Positions 29,350 through 38,383 of a DNA stretch of 64,000 bases are shown piece after piece. How positions within the stretch are numbered: position 1 is the stretch's first letter; each line of letters starts with the position of its first letter. The notes below the pieces were generated by a model. The model was not told where the DNA came from and ran no database searches. It saw nothing but the letters and a program-made list of their open reading frames with translations. Location of the stretch: positions 4,608,001 through 4,672,000 of the forward strand of contig CBDDPY010000002.1 in the NCBI GenBank assembly GCA_965232515.1. The letters are read 5' to 3'. A program made the position numbers and the translations under genes. The stretch comes from Alphaproteobacteria bacterium (GTDB taxonomy: Bacteria; Pseudomonadota; Alphaproteobacteria; GCA-2731375).

Positions 29350-32217
29350 ATGGGCGACGTTGCGCTCAGGCGAAAATCCGCTAGCGCCAAATCAAAGGCG
29401 AAAAAGCGCATGCCGGCGACCAAGCCGGCCGCATCCCGGGCGCGCCCGGTCGAACGCATCGCAGACTACCGGCGTCGTGACCAGGCGCTGGCACTGCTGC
29501 TGCGCAGTTCGTCGGGCGGCGTGTCCACGTTCGAGGCCGGCGCACAGGCGCTGGCCATGGGTTTGGGCTATCGCTGGGCCGGGGTTGGCCGGATCGTCGA
29601 CGATGGCCGGCGAGCCGAGCTGGTGGCGTTCTGGGACACGGACGCCTTCGGCGAGCTGTTTTCCTATCCGCTTGCCGGCACGCCCTGTGGCGATGTCGCC
29701 AAGAAGCAGCGCTACTGCCTGTTTCGCGACGATGTCGCGGGACGTTTTCCCGACGATCCGATGCTGGCCGATCTCGGCGCCGTCAGCTACCAGGGCGAGG
29801 TTTATGCCGATGACGACGGGCGGCGGCTGGGCTATGTGTTCGCCGCCAACGATCGCCCGGAACGCCGCAAGCTTGGGGCGCAGCGAGACTTCGTCGGACT
29901 GGTCGCGGGTTGGGTCGGCGGCGAGCTGCAACGCCGCGGCGCCGAAGAGGCTCTGCGGGCCAGCCAGCAACGGCTGATGGATATTGCCGAGGCCGCATCC
30001 GACTGGTTCTGGGAGATGGATGCCGACCTGCGGTTCAGCTACCTGTCGGAACGGCTGACGACGGTTACGAACATAGAGACCGAGTCGGTTCTGGGCCGGA
30101 CGCGGCGCGAGGTGGCGACCGAAAACGGCACCGAACGGAAGTGGCGGCGTCACCTCGCCGACCTGGACGCGCACCGGCCGTTCCGGGATTTTCAATACAG
30201 CATGGTGCTCGCCGACGGCAGCGTCCGGCATCTGAAAACCAGCGGCAAGCCGATCTTCGACGCCGACGGAGCGTTCGCCGGCTATCGCGGCACCGGCAGC
30301 GACATCACCGCCGAGGTGGAAGCCCGCGAGCGGGCCGAGCGCGCCGAGATCCAGCTCCAGCATGCCATCGACGGCACGTCGGAAGGCTTCGCGCTGTTCG
30401 ATGCCGAGGACCGCATGGTGCTCTGCAACGAACGGTTCCGGGAAATCTATGCCGACGTCGCCGATCTCTATGTCACTGGCGCCCGCTTTGAGGACATCGT
30501 GCGCGAGGCGGCCCGACGCGGCGTCTATGCCAGCGACGAGAACGCGCTCGAAGGCTATGTCGCCGAACGTCTCGCGCGCCACGGGAACCCATCCGGCACC
30601 TGGGAACAGATGCTGAGCAACGGGCAGTGCGTCCAGGTCAGCGAACGCCGGACCGAGGACGGCGGCGTTGTCGGCCTCTGGACCGACATAACGCATCTGA
30701 AGCGGCAGGAACAGGAGCTGGCGCAGAAGTCGGCCACGCTCGAAACGATCATGCAAAACATCGTCCAGGGGATCAGCCTGGTCGACAAGGATCTCAATCT
30801 CCTCGCCTTCAATGACCGCTTCCTGGAGTTGCTGGAGTTTCCCGGCGACCGTTTCCATACCGGCGATCCGTTCGAGAAGTTCATCCGCTATAACGCCGAG
30901 CGCGGCGAGTACGGCCCGGGCGACGTGGACGAGCTGGTCCGCGAGCGTGTCGAGATCGCCAAACGGTTCGAGCCGCATTGCTTCGAGCGCAGCCGGCCGG
31001 ACGGCACTGTTATCGAGGTGCGAGGTAAGCCGCTGTCGGGCGGCGGCTTCGTCACCGCCTATACCGATGTGACCGAGCTGCGGCGCAACGAGCGGGCGCT
31101 CGAGGAGAAGTCGCAGTTGCTCGGCGCCACGCTCGACAATATGGCGCAGGGTCTGGTCGTGTTCGATGCCGACCTGACGATACTGGCGGCCAACGAACGC
31201 GCCGCGCAGTTGCTGCAGTTGCCGGCCGAGCTGCTGGCCGTGGGCGCGAGCTTCTCGGCCGTGATCCGCCATGCCGCCGACCGTGGCGACTATGGGCCGG
31301 GCGACGCCGATGCGTTGTACGAGAAGTATCGGTCGCTGACCCGGTCATCCGGGATCACCCAGCATCAACGCGAGCTTCCAGACGGCTGCATCCTGGAGAT
31401 CCAGGGCTACCCGCGCCCCGATGGCGGCTTCGTCGCCACGTACACCGATGTGACCGAATTCAAACGCGCGGAAGAGACCCTGGCGCGTCTAAACGAGGAC
31501 CTGCGGGCCAACGCCGAGGATCTGGAGCGGTCGAACGGCGAGCTGGAGCAGTTCGCCTACGTCGCGTCGCATGACCTTCAGGAACCGTTGCGCATGGTCG
31601 CCAGCTATTGCCAGCTGCTGCAGCGGCGGTATCAGGATCAACTCGACGAGGATGCGAACGAGTTCATCGGGTTTGCCGTTGACGGCGCTAACCGCATGCA
31701 GCGGCTGATCAACGACCTGCTTGCCTATTCGCGCGTCGGCACCCGCGGCAAGCCTTTGGAGCCAACCGACTTGGGTCAGGTCTACGAACAAACGCTGCTG
31801 AACCTGCGCGTCGCCATTGAGGAGAGCGCCGCCGAGGTAACGGCCGATCCGTTGCCGACATTGCCCGCCGACACGACGCAATTGGCGCAGCTGTTTCAGA
31901 ACCTGATCGGCAACGCCATCAAGTTCCGCACCGAAGCTGCGCCCGTGATACATGTCGGCGCGCGTCAGTCGGACGGCAACTGGGTGTTCAGTGTGTCCGA
32001 CAACGGCATCGGTATCGATCCGCAGTATGCCGAGCGCATCTTCATGATTTTCCAGCGCCTGCACGGCGCCGGCGAGTATGCCGGCACCGGTATTGGCCTC
32101 GCGGTCTGCAAGAAGATCGTCGAGCGCCATGGCGGTCAGATCTGGATGGAATCCGAGCCCGGTCAGGGCACCACCTTCTTTTTCACGCTGCCGACCGAGG
32201 GAGCCGCAGATGAGTGA
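29350..32217 (+). CDS. Cytoplasmic GAF-multi-PAS sensor histidine kinase (Cph1-type kinase module)
   Basis: GAF (YPLAGTPC), PAS (SDWFWEMD), three further PAS-like repeats, ELEQFAYVASHDLQEPLRMV, NLIGNAIKF, GTGIGL; AGGAG RBS. Confidence 0.92.
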   Translation: MGDVALRRKSASAKSKAKKRMPATKPAASRARPVERIADYRRRDQALALLLRSSSGGVSTFEAGAQALAMGLGYRWAGVGRIVDDGRRAELVAFWDTDAFGELFSYPLAGTPCGDVAKKQRYCLFRDDVAGRFPDDPMLADLGAVSYQGEVYADDDGRRLGYVFAANDRPERRKLGAQRDFVGLVAGWVGGELQRRGAEEALRASQQRLMDIAEAASDWFWEMDADLRFSYLSERLTTVTNIETESVLGRTRREVATENGTERKWRRHLADLDAHRPFRDFQYSMVLADGSVRHLKTSGKPIFDADGAFAGYRGTGSDITAEVEARERAERAEIQLQHAIDGTSEGFALFDAEDRMVLCNERFREIYADVADLYVTGARFEDIVREAARRGVYASDENALEGYVAERLARHGNPSGTWEQMLSNGQCVQVSERRTEDGGVVGLWTDITHLKRQEQELAQKSATLETIMQNIVQGISLVDKDLNLLAFNDRFLELLEFPGDRFHTGDPFEKFIRYNAERGEYGPGDVDELVRERVEIAKRFEPHCFERSRPDGTVIEVRGKPLSGGGFVTAYTDVTELRRNERALEEKSQLLGATLDNMAQGLVVFDADLTILAANERAAQLLQLPAELLAVGASFSAVIRHAADRGDYGPGDADALYEKYRSLTRSSGITQHQRELPDGCILEIQGYPRPDGGFVATYTDVTEFKRAEETLARLNEDLRANAEDLERSNGELEQFAYVASHDLQEPLRMVASYCQLLQRRYQDQLDEDANEFIGFAVDGANRMQRLINDLLAYSRVGTRGKPLEPTDLGQVYEQTLLNLRVAIEESAAEVTADPLPTLPADTTQLAQLFQNLIGNAIKFRTEAAPVIHVGARQSDGNWVFSVSDNGIGIDPQYAERIFMIFQRLHGAGEYAGTGIGLAVCKKIVERHGGQIWMESEPGQGTTFFFTLPTEGAADE

Positions 32218-32665
32218 ATTCGACCTCGCCAAACCGATCGACATTCTGATGGTCGAAGACAACGCGGGCGATGCGCGCCTGGCGGAAGAGGCGTTCAAGG
32301 AAAGCAAGATGATGAACAAGCTTCACCGCGTCAAAGACGGGGTGGAGGCGCTGGCCTTCGTCCGCCGCACGGATGAGTTCACCGACGCGCCGCGGCCGGA
32401 CATCATTCTTCTGGACCTGAACCTGCCCAAAAAGGACGGCCGCCAAGTGTTGGAAGAGCTCAAGAACGATCCGGACCTGAAAACGATTCCGGTCGTCGTC
32501 CTGACGACATCGGAGGCCGAGCAGGACATCCTGAAGAGCTACGAGCTGCACGCGAACTGCTACATCACCAAGCCGGTGGACTTGGACAAGTTCATGGGCA
32601 TCGTCAAGCGCCTCGAGGACTTCTGGCTCAGCATCGTCAAACTGCCGTCTCCGGCGGCGAGCTGA
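32210..32665 (+). CDS. Rcp1-like single-domain response regulator
   Basis: ILMVEDN, PDIILLDLNLPKKDG, ANCYITKPVD, FWLSIVKLP. Confidence 0.93.
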   Translation: MSEFDLAKPIDILMVEDNAGDARLAEEAFKESKMMNKLHRVKDGVEALAFVRRTDEFTDAPRPDIILLDLNLPKKDGRQVLEELKNDPDLKTIPVVVLTTSEAEQDILKSYELHANCYITKPVDLDKFMGIVKRLEDFWLSIVKLPSPAAS

Positions 32666-32706
32666 TCCCGAGCCCCGGCGAGAGGTGATCGGACAGAAAC
32701 GCCGCC

Positions 32707-33882
32707 ATGGCCGATATCGAGCCGATCAAAGTCCTGCTGATCGAGGACAATCCCGGCGATGCGCGCCTGGCCGAGGTCTTGCTGGAAGACATCGCGCCGG
32801 GCGGCTTTCAGATCACGCATGTCGAACGCATTGCGGTCGCGCTCGAGCGCCTGGATGAAACAGACTTCGACGTCGCGTTGCTGGATCTGTCTCTCCCCGA
32901 TACCAAGGGATTGGCCGGCGTCGAATGCCTGCAACAACGGGCCAAGCAACTGCCCATCGTCGTGTTGAGCGGCCTGGACGACGCGGCGGTTTCTCTGGAG
33001 GCCGTGCAGAAAGGCGCTCAGGATTACCTGGTGAAGGGGCAGGGGTCCGGCGAAGTCGTGGCGCGGTCAATCCGCTACGCGATCGAACGCAAGCGCGAAC
33101 AGCAGCTATTGATGGAAGCCAAGGAGCGTGCCGAGTTCGCCAGCCGGACCAAATCCGAATTCCTGGCGGCCGTGAGTCACGAACTGCGCACGCCGCTCAA
33201 CGCCATTATCGGCTTTTCGGAGATGATGCGGGACGAGGTGCTTGGTCCGGTCGGGAATGATGCCTACTGCGAGTATGCCGACCATATCTACAACAGCGGA
33301 TCGCACCTGCTGGGCATCATCAACGACATTCTCGACCTGGCGAAGGTCGAAGCGGGCACGGCCGAGCTGAACGAAGAAGAGGTCGACATCGCGGAAGTGT
33401 TCGAGACAAGTCGCCGCATGTTCGAGGCCCGTTGCCAGCAGGCCGGCAACACGCTGACCTGTGAGGTCGCGGACGGCCTGCCGCGATTGCGGGCCGACCG
33501 GCTGAAGCTGCAGCAGGTGCTGGTCAACCTGCTGTCCAACGCCGTGAAGTTCACGCCCGAGGGCGGCAGCATCGTCTGCAGCGCCTATCTGGAGCCGAAC
33601 GGCGACATGCAGATAACCGTGGTCGATACCGGTATCGGCATTGCAGAGGCGGATATCGCCACGGCGCTCGAGCCGTTTCGGCAGGTCGATAGCAGCCTGA
33701 GCCGGCAGTACGATGGCACCGGTTTGGGCCTGCCGCTGGCTACGCGTTTCGTCGAGTTACATGGCGGCACGCTGCGCCTGGAGAGCCAGTTGGAGGCCGG
33801 CACCGAGGTGACGGTGACGTTTCCGAAGCATCGGGTCTGCACGACTGAGGCGGCCGTGACCGAGACGGTACCCGCCGATTGA
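32707..33882 (+). CDS. Hybrid receiver-histidine kinase
   Basis: Receiver (LLDLSLPD, GAQDYLVKG) plus VSHELRTPLNAIIGFSE, NLLSNAVKFT, GTGLGL. Confidence 0.92.
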   Translation: MADIEPIKVLLIEDNPGDARLAEVLLEDIAPGGFQITHVERIAVALERLDETDFDVALLDLSLPDTKGLAGVECLQQRAKQLPIVVLSGLDDAAVSLEAVQKGAQDYLVKGQGSGEVVARSIRYAIERKREQQLLMEAKERAEFASRTKSEFLAAVSHELRTPLNAIIGFSEMMRDEVLGPVGNDAYCEYADHIYNSGSHLLGIINDILDLAKVEAGTAELNEEEVDIAEVFETSRRMFEARCQQAGNTLTCEVADGLPRLRADRLKLQQVLVNLLSNAVKFTPEGGSIVCSAYLEPNGDMQITVVDTGIGIAEADIATALEPFRQVDSSLSRQYDGTGLGLPLATRFVELHGGTLRLESQLEAGTEVTVTFPKHRVCTTEAAVTETVPAD

Positions 33883-34033
33883 TCCGACAAGGCCGTATCC
33901 CCGGACTTTGCGCTCATAGTAGACTTGGTTCCGCATCATCGAGGCTTCAGGCGATCTCTTGGCGGCTCGGCGCCGCGCGCCAGGGAGTCGGTCAACGGAC
34001 GCCCGCGACCTCGGCTGTCAAGGGAGGGCGTGC

Positions 34034-34486
34034 ATGTCAGTCGGACCTTTGCAGCGTTATCTGCATCTCATCGTTGTCGGTGTTTTTGGTTTGACGCTTG
34101 GATCGATTGGACCGTCGATCGCGGCCGATCATGCGGAGGGTCGTCAGCTTTACGTCGACGTTTGCGCCAAGTGCCATGGCGCGCTGGCGGAGCGGCGCAC
34201 CAGCGGGCTTGCGCGCGACCTGCTGATCCTCGTCGTCGCGCCGCCGCTGGGACCGAACCTGAGCGGCATTTTCGGCCGGTCGGCCGGGACGGTCGAGGGC
34301 TTCCGCTATTCCAATGCGTTTCGCAAGAAGGCGGCCGGCCTGGTCTGGGACGAGCCGACGCTTGACCGCTGGCTGACCGACAGCCAGCGGATGATCCGTG
34401 GGTCCTATATGTTCCTAAAGGTGGCCCAGCCGGCGCGCGGCAAGATCATCGCGTATCTGAAGGCCTATGGCCGGCATCAGGAATGA
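34034..34486 (+). CDS. Class I (c2-like) cytochrome c
   Basis: Signal peptide, CAKCH heme motif, GPNLSGIFGR, WDEPTLDRWL, GSYM. Confidence 0.85.
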   Translation: MSVGPLQRYLHLIVVGVFGLTLGSIGPSIAADHAEGRQLYVDVCAKCHGALAERRTSGLARDLLILVVAPPLGPNLSGIFGRSAGTVEGFRYSNAFRKKAAGLVWDEPTLDRWLTDSQRMIRGSYMFLKVAQPARGKIIAYLKAYGRHQE

Positions 34487-34517
34487 GGCCGGCCGGCGGT
34501 TGTCCCGCCGGCCGGTC
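34487..34517. terminator. GC-rich hairpin between convergent genes
   Basis: GGCCGGCCGGCGG-TTGTC-CCGCCGGCCGGTC; no clear U-tract. Confidence 0.5.
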
Positions 34518-34522
34518 CATCC

Positions 34523-36019
34523 TCAGGCCTTGGCGATGTAGCCGTAGGTCGCGTTGCTGCGCAGTCCGCCGGCCAGCTGGTACTGCCGCTTGATCTCGGC
34601 GAACTTGTCCGCCTCGAGCGGACCGAGATCGGCGCGCAGATTGAGATTGTAGATCCGGGCCGAGTTGAAGCCGAAGATGGCGTTCTTGATCATGCCGTCG
34701 GCGGGGCCGAGCGGCGCGAAGCCGTGCTTCTGCTGCATGTCCTCGGGAATCTCCAGGCGGCGCAGCGCCTCGATCTGCCATTGCGGCGAGCCGTACCACA
34801 TGGAATCCGTGCCCCAGACCACGTGGTCGGCGCCCATGCCCTTGATGTAGGTGCCGAGCAACGCCGCCGCGAAGCGCGGATTGGCCGTCGCCGAATTGGC
34901 GAAGCTGCTGCCGAGCTCGGCGTAGACGTTGCTGACGCCGTACTCCTCGGGAATGCGCGCCAGGTGGCTGGCCCATTTGATCTCGCCGGTGGCCTCGAAC
35001 TCGGCCAGCACGCGATCCGGCAGCTCGAGGAACGGTTGCAGGCAGCCGTGATAGATGACGAAGTTCATTTGCGGCCAGTCCTTGGCCGCCTTGCCGATGT
35101 CCCAGTGCGTGTTGTACTGCCAGACGCCCGGCCAGCTTTGCTCGTAGTCCGCCGGCATCAGGCCCTTGTGGATGGCGATGGTGTTGATGCCCGCCTTCAC
35201 CGCCTTCTCGTAGAAGGGATACATCAGCTCTTCGTCGTCGAGCCGCCAGGGATACTTGGTCTTCGGCGAAAGCGGGTCCCCGATCGTGTAGGCCTTCCAG
35301 GAATCGTGCCGGCCGCTCTCCAGTGACGCATCCACCTTGTCCATCCAGCCGTCCTGGCGCGGGGTAATCACGAAGTGGCCCAGCATCCGCCGCGATCCGG
35401 AGATCGAGTTGATCAGGTCCACGGCCTGCTGGATCTGGTCGTTCGGCAATAGCCACCAGGACGGATCGTCGAACGGCGCGCCGCTCAGCAGGGCGACCTT
35501 GGTGTCGCTGTTCAGGAAGATCTCGCGAACGTAGCTCTCGAACTTGTAGTACGACAGCGTGATCTGCTCCGGCGACAGCTTGGGGTTCCAGTTCTCGGCC
35601 GCGAACAGCCCCAGCCCCAACAGCCCCTCCTGCTGAAAATCGTCATGCACGAAATGGGTCTGGTCGTCGAAGACGAACTGGTTGCGCAGGCCCGCGGCCC
35701 GCGCCATCGAGGCTTCCGGTTGGGCCGCCTCGGCGCGGCTGACGTCGAACAGCGGGCCGAAGACGTCGTTCATGGCCAGGAATGCGGCGGCCATGCCCGA
35801 CGCGGTGCCCAGAAACCGCCGCCGGTCGAGGCCCTGCTTGCGGCCGAACTCGTCGGCAAGTTCCTTTACCCGCTCCTCGACCTGACGCTGCTGCTTGGTC
35901 TGCGGCGGCGGGTTGAACTCGCCATTGGAAACGATCTGGGTGGGAACCGGACTGCGGAACGCGTCCGTCTGCGCGGGCCGGACCCGCTTCAATTCGTCAT
36001 CGCTCAAGTAGTGTGCCAT
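34523..36019 (-). CDS. Amidohydrolase_2-type TIM-barrel metallohydrolase
   Basis: DDQTHF, IAIHKG, FVIYHG, NVYAELG, VWGTDSMWYGSPQWQI. Confidence 0.85.
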   Translation of the reverse strand: MAHYLSDDELKRVRPAQTDAFRSPVPTQIVSNGEFNPPPQTKQQRQVEERVKELADEFGRKQGLDRRRFLGTASGMAAAFLAMNDVFGPLFDVSRAEAAQPEASMARAAGLRNQFVFDDQTHFVHDDFQQEGLLGLGLFAAENWNPKLSPEQITLSYYKFESYVREIFLNSDTKVALLSGAPFDDPSWWLLPNDQIQQAVDLINSISGSRRMLGHFVITPRQDGWMDKVDASLESGRHDSWKAYTIGDPLSPKTKYPWRLDDEELMYPFYEKAVKAGINTIAIHKGLMPADYEQSWPGVWQYNTHWDIGKAAKDWPQMNFVIYHGCLQPFLELPDRVLAEFEATGEIKWASHLARIPEEYGVSNVYAELGSSFANSATANPRFAAALLGTYIKGMGADHVVWGTDSMWYGSPQWQIEALRRLEIPEDMQQKHGFAPLGPADGMIKNAIFGFNSARIYNLNLRADLGPLEADKFAEIKRQYQLAGGLRSNATYGYIAKA

Positions 36020-36298
36020 GGCGCCGTTGCCCTCCGATATTCTTGTTGCGGAATACGCGAACTGGCTCGGCCGAACGGATTGACGCCGTTGGATCTACGC
36101 TACTGGCGTATCAATGCACTCCCAATACAAGACGACCACCATCCTCTCCGCCCGCCGGCGGCGACGTCTACGACGTGACGCGTGGTCACGGCGACGCTCA
36201 CAATCGGCCTGTCCTCAGGGTACGATGGGGTAAGTCTGAGCAAGGCGTTCAGGTTTGACAATCTCATTCTTTGCTGAATCAAGGCGGGGGAAGCGGCC

Positions 36299-37084
36299 AT
36301 GCGTGCACTGATAACCGGCGCCAGCCAAGGGATCGGCGCGGCGATTTGCCGTCGGCTGGCTGCCGACGCGCGCCGATCAGATGACAAGCTGCAACTGGCG
36401 GTCTGCGGTTCGCAGCATGCAGATGCGCTGTCTGCGCTGGTGGATGAACTGACCGCCGCCGGCGCCGAGGCGACGGCGGTGCTGGGCGATCTGGCCGATC
36501 CGGAGACGCCCGCGCGGTTGGTTGCATCGGCGGTCGATGCGTTCGGCGGATTGGATGCCGTCGTCAGCAATGCCGGCATCGCACGGCCCGGCGCGCTGCT
36601 GGATGTGTCGCTCGACGATTGGAACCGTCTGTTCGATATCAACACCCGCGCGACCTGGTTGCTGGCCAAGGCCGCGCATCCCTGGCTGCGGCAGGCGGGC
36701 GGCAGCCTGGTCATCGTCGCCTCGATGTCGGGGGTGGATCCGCAGCCGGGCATGGGCGCCTACAGCGTCAGCAAGTCGGCGCTGATCATGCTCACGCGTC
36801 TGATCGCTCAGGAATGGGCGGACGACGGAATTCGGGCCAACTGCGTATCGCCCGGATTGGTGCTGACGCCCATGACCGAGCAGGCCTATGCGGACGCGGA
36901 TTTCAAGCGCCGGCGCGAGGCGTTCGTACCGCGACGCCGGATTGCCGAACCGTTGGCCGACATCGCTGGCGTCGTCGCCTTTCTGCTGGGACCGGATGCG
37001 GCCTATTGCAGCGGTCAGAACCTCGTGGTCGATGGCGGGCTTACCGACTCGGTGTTGCGCGCCCTACCCGTACGCACCGTCTAA
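36299..37084 (+). CDS. Short-chain dehydrogenase/reductase
   Basis: TGASQGIG, SNAG, YSVSK catalytic motif, VSPG, VDGG. Confidence 0.92.
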   Translation: MRALITGASQGIGAAICRRLAADARRSDDKLQLAVCGSQHADALSALVDELTAAGAEATAVLGDLADPETPARLVASAVDAFGGLDAVVSNAGIARPGALLDVSLDDWNRLFDINTRATWLLAKAAHPWLRQAGGSLVIVASMSGVDPQPGMGAYSVSKSALIMLTRLIAQEWADDGIRANCVSPGLVLTPMTEQAYADADFKRRREAFVPRRRIAEPLADIAGVVAFLLGPDAAYCSGQNLVVDGGLTDSVLRALPVRTV

Positions 37085-37250
37085 CCGGCATTCCGGCTGC
37101 CAACGCGATCTGCGTCGCGCTCAGGCGTTCGATCAGTCAGACGCGGTCTGAAAAGCGCGGCAGGCGTTACGGTCGAGGATCGCGGCGCGGCACCGGCCAT
37201 GACAGGTGTGAGGAACCCAGGCCAAGCAGCGCCCACCAACGGCTTCAGAT

Positions 37251-37640
37251 CTATTTCTTGGCTTGTTGGCTGTCGAATAGCGCGTCGATAGTTTCCGTCG
37301 ATGCGTCGCGGAGATTGTCGTCCGGCGGCGGCGGCGCCAGGCTGAAATCTGTCTCGATATCCGTCAGAACCATGAATGGGATGACATAGTCACGGCCGTC
37401 GGCCGGCACCGCCTGCGGTGATGCGCCGGATTCATTTGGATTGGCCGGCTGTGCGACCGCTGAAACCGCCACCAGGCAGGCGGCAATCGTTAATAGGACA
37501 GCGCTACCGCAAAGGGTATTGCGCCATGCGGTATGTTTGTCGTCTTCGGCCCCTAGCCTACGCATCAACTTTCGGCTGTGTTGTGTTGCGGTGGGAGGTG
37601 TGGGGCCGACGCTATACTCAGTACCCGTCACAACTGTCAT
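37251..37640 (-). CDS. Hypothetical small exported protein (start uncertain)
   Basis: Hydrophobic signal-like stretch (SAVLLTIAACLVAVSAVAQ) followed by an acidic/Pro-rich tail; no family recognised. Confidence 0.4.
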   Translation of the reverse strand: MTVVTGTEYSVGPTPPTATQHSRKLMRRLGAEDDKHTAWRNTLCGSAVLLTIAACLVAVSAVAQPANPNESGASPQAVPADGRDYVIPFMVLTDIETDFSLAPPPPDDNLRDASTETIDALFDSQQAKK

Positions 37641-37902
37641 CCGGTATTATTGTTTATTTGTTAGGGTTAACATACGCGATCTTTCTCGTTCAAGGAACGA
37701 AAAAGGTAGTTAACGGAATCAAAATGGATACTTACTAGCTTCACATGGCTAGTGCCCCCGTCGCATGACCAAAAACGGCAACCGACAGCCTCACGCACGA
37801 ACCTTGCCGCGAGCCGATACATATTCAGAACGTCACCAGTGTTGTGGTAGTCGATGGGCGGCTCGTTGATGCCGGGGCAAAACAGGTCGGTGGATTGCTG
37901 TC

Positions 37903-38277
37903 ATGTCATTGAAAATACTGTCGTTAATACTGGTGAGCGTTTGTCTGTCGGCAGTCGCGCAACTGATCCTGAAGCTTGGTATGTCGGAGCCCCAGGTGCA
38001 AAGCGCAATGACGGGGAATGATCGCGTTGCCGTGTTGCAGGCGGTTGCGCTTAATTTCAAGGTCTTGGCCGGGTTGACCACCTACGGTCTGGGCGCCGTG
38101 CTGTGGCTGTTCGTGCTGGCAAGAACGGATGTGTCGATGGCTTACCCGTTTGTCGGTTTGGGCTTTCTTCTGACCATGGCGTTTGGCGCCTTGTTCCTTG
38201 GCGAACCGATGTCGCTTGCCCGGATCGGAGGTACAATCCTGGTCGCATCGGGCGTCTACCTGGTGGCGCAGAGTTGA
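37903..38277 (+). CDS. SMR/EamA-type 4-TM protein (ArnE/ArnF-like putative lipid-sugar flippase)
   Basis: SAVAQLILKLG, LWLFVLARTDVSMAYPFVGLG, FLGEP...RIGG. Confidence 0.8.
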   Translation: MSLKILSLILVSVCLSAVAQLILKLGMSEPQVQSAMTGNDRVAVLQAVALNFKVLAGLTTYGLGAVLWLFVLARTDVSMAYPFVGLGFLLTMAFGALFLGEPMSLARIGGTILVASGVYLVAQS

Positions 38278-38383
38278 GGCGCCGTCGGCAGCGTGACCAT
38301 AGCGGCTTGTTGGTATGCGACGTTCGCCAGCCCGCCCCAAACTGTGCGGCCTGTAGGAGCCAATTCGGCGCGGAACGCTGAAA

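Noticed and set aside
29350-32665. Bacteriophytochrome operon
   Set aside because: The transmitter and response regulator are Cph1/Rcp1-like, but there is no PAS-GAF-PHY core, DIP motif or heme oxygenase gene
36299-37084. SDR as the DprE2 of the glycosylation cluster
   Set aside because: It looks like a generic FabG-type SDR, is separated from the cluster by an opposite-strand ORF, and has no DprE1 partner
37640-37900. AT-rich intergenic region with GTTAAC half-sites as an sRNA or CtrA box
   Set aside because: No full TTAA-N7-TTAA and no convincing RNA structure or terminator; likely just a divergent promoter region
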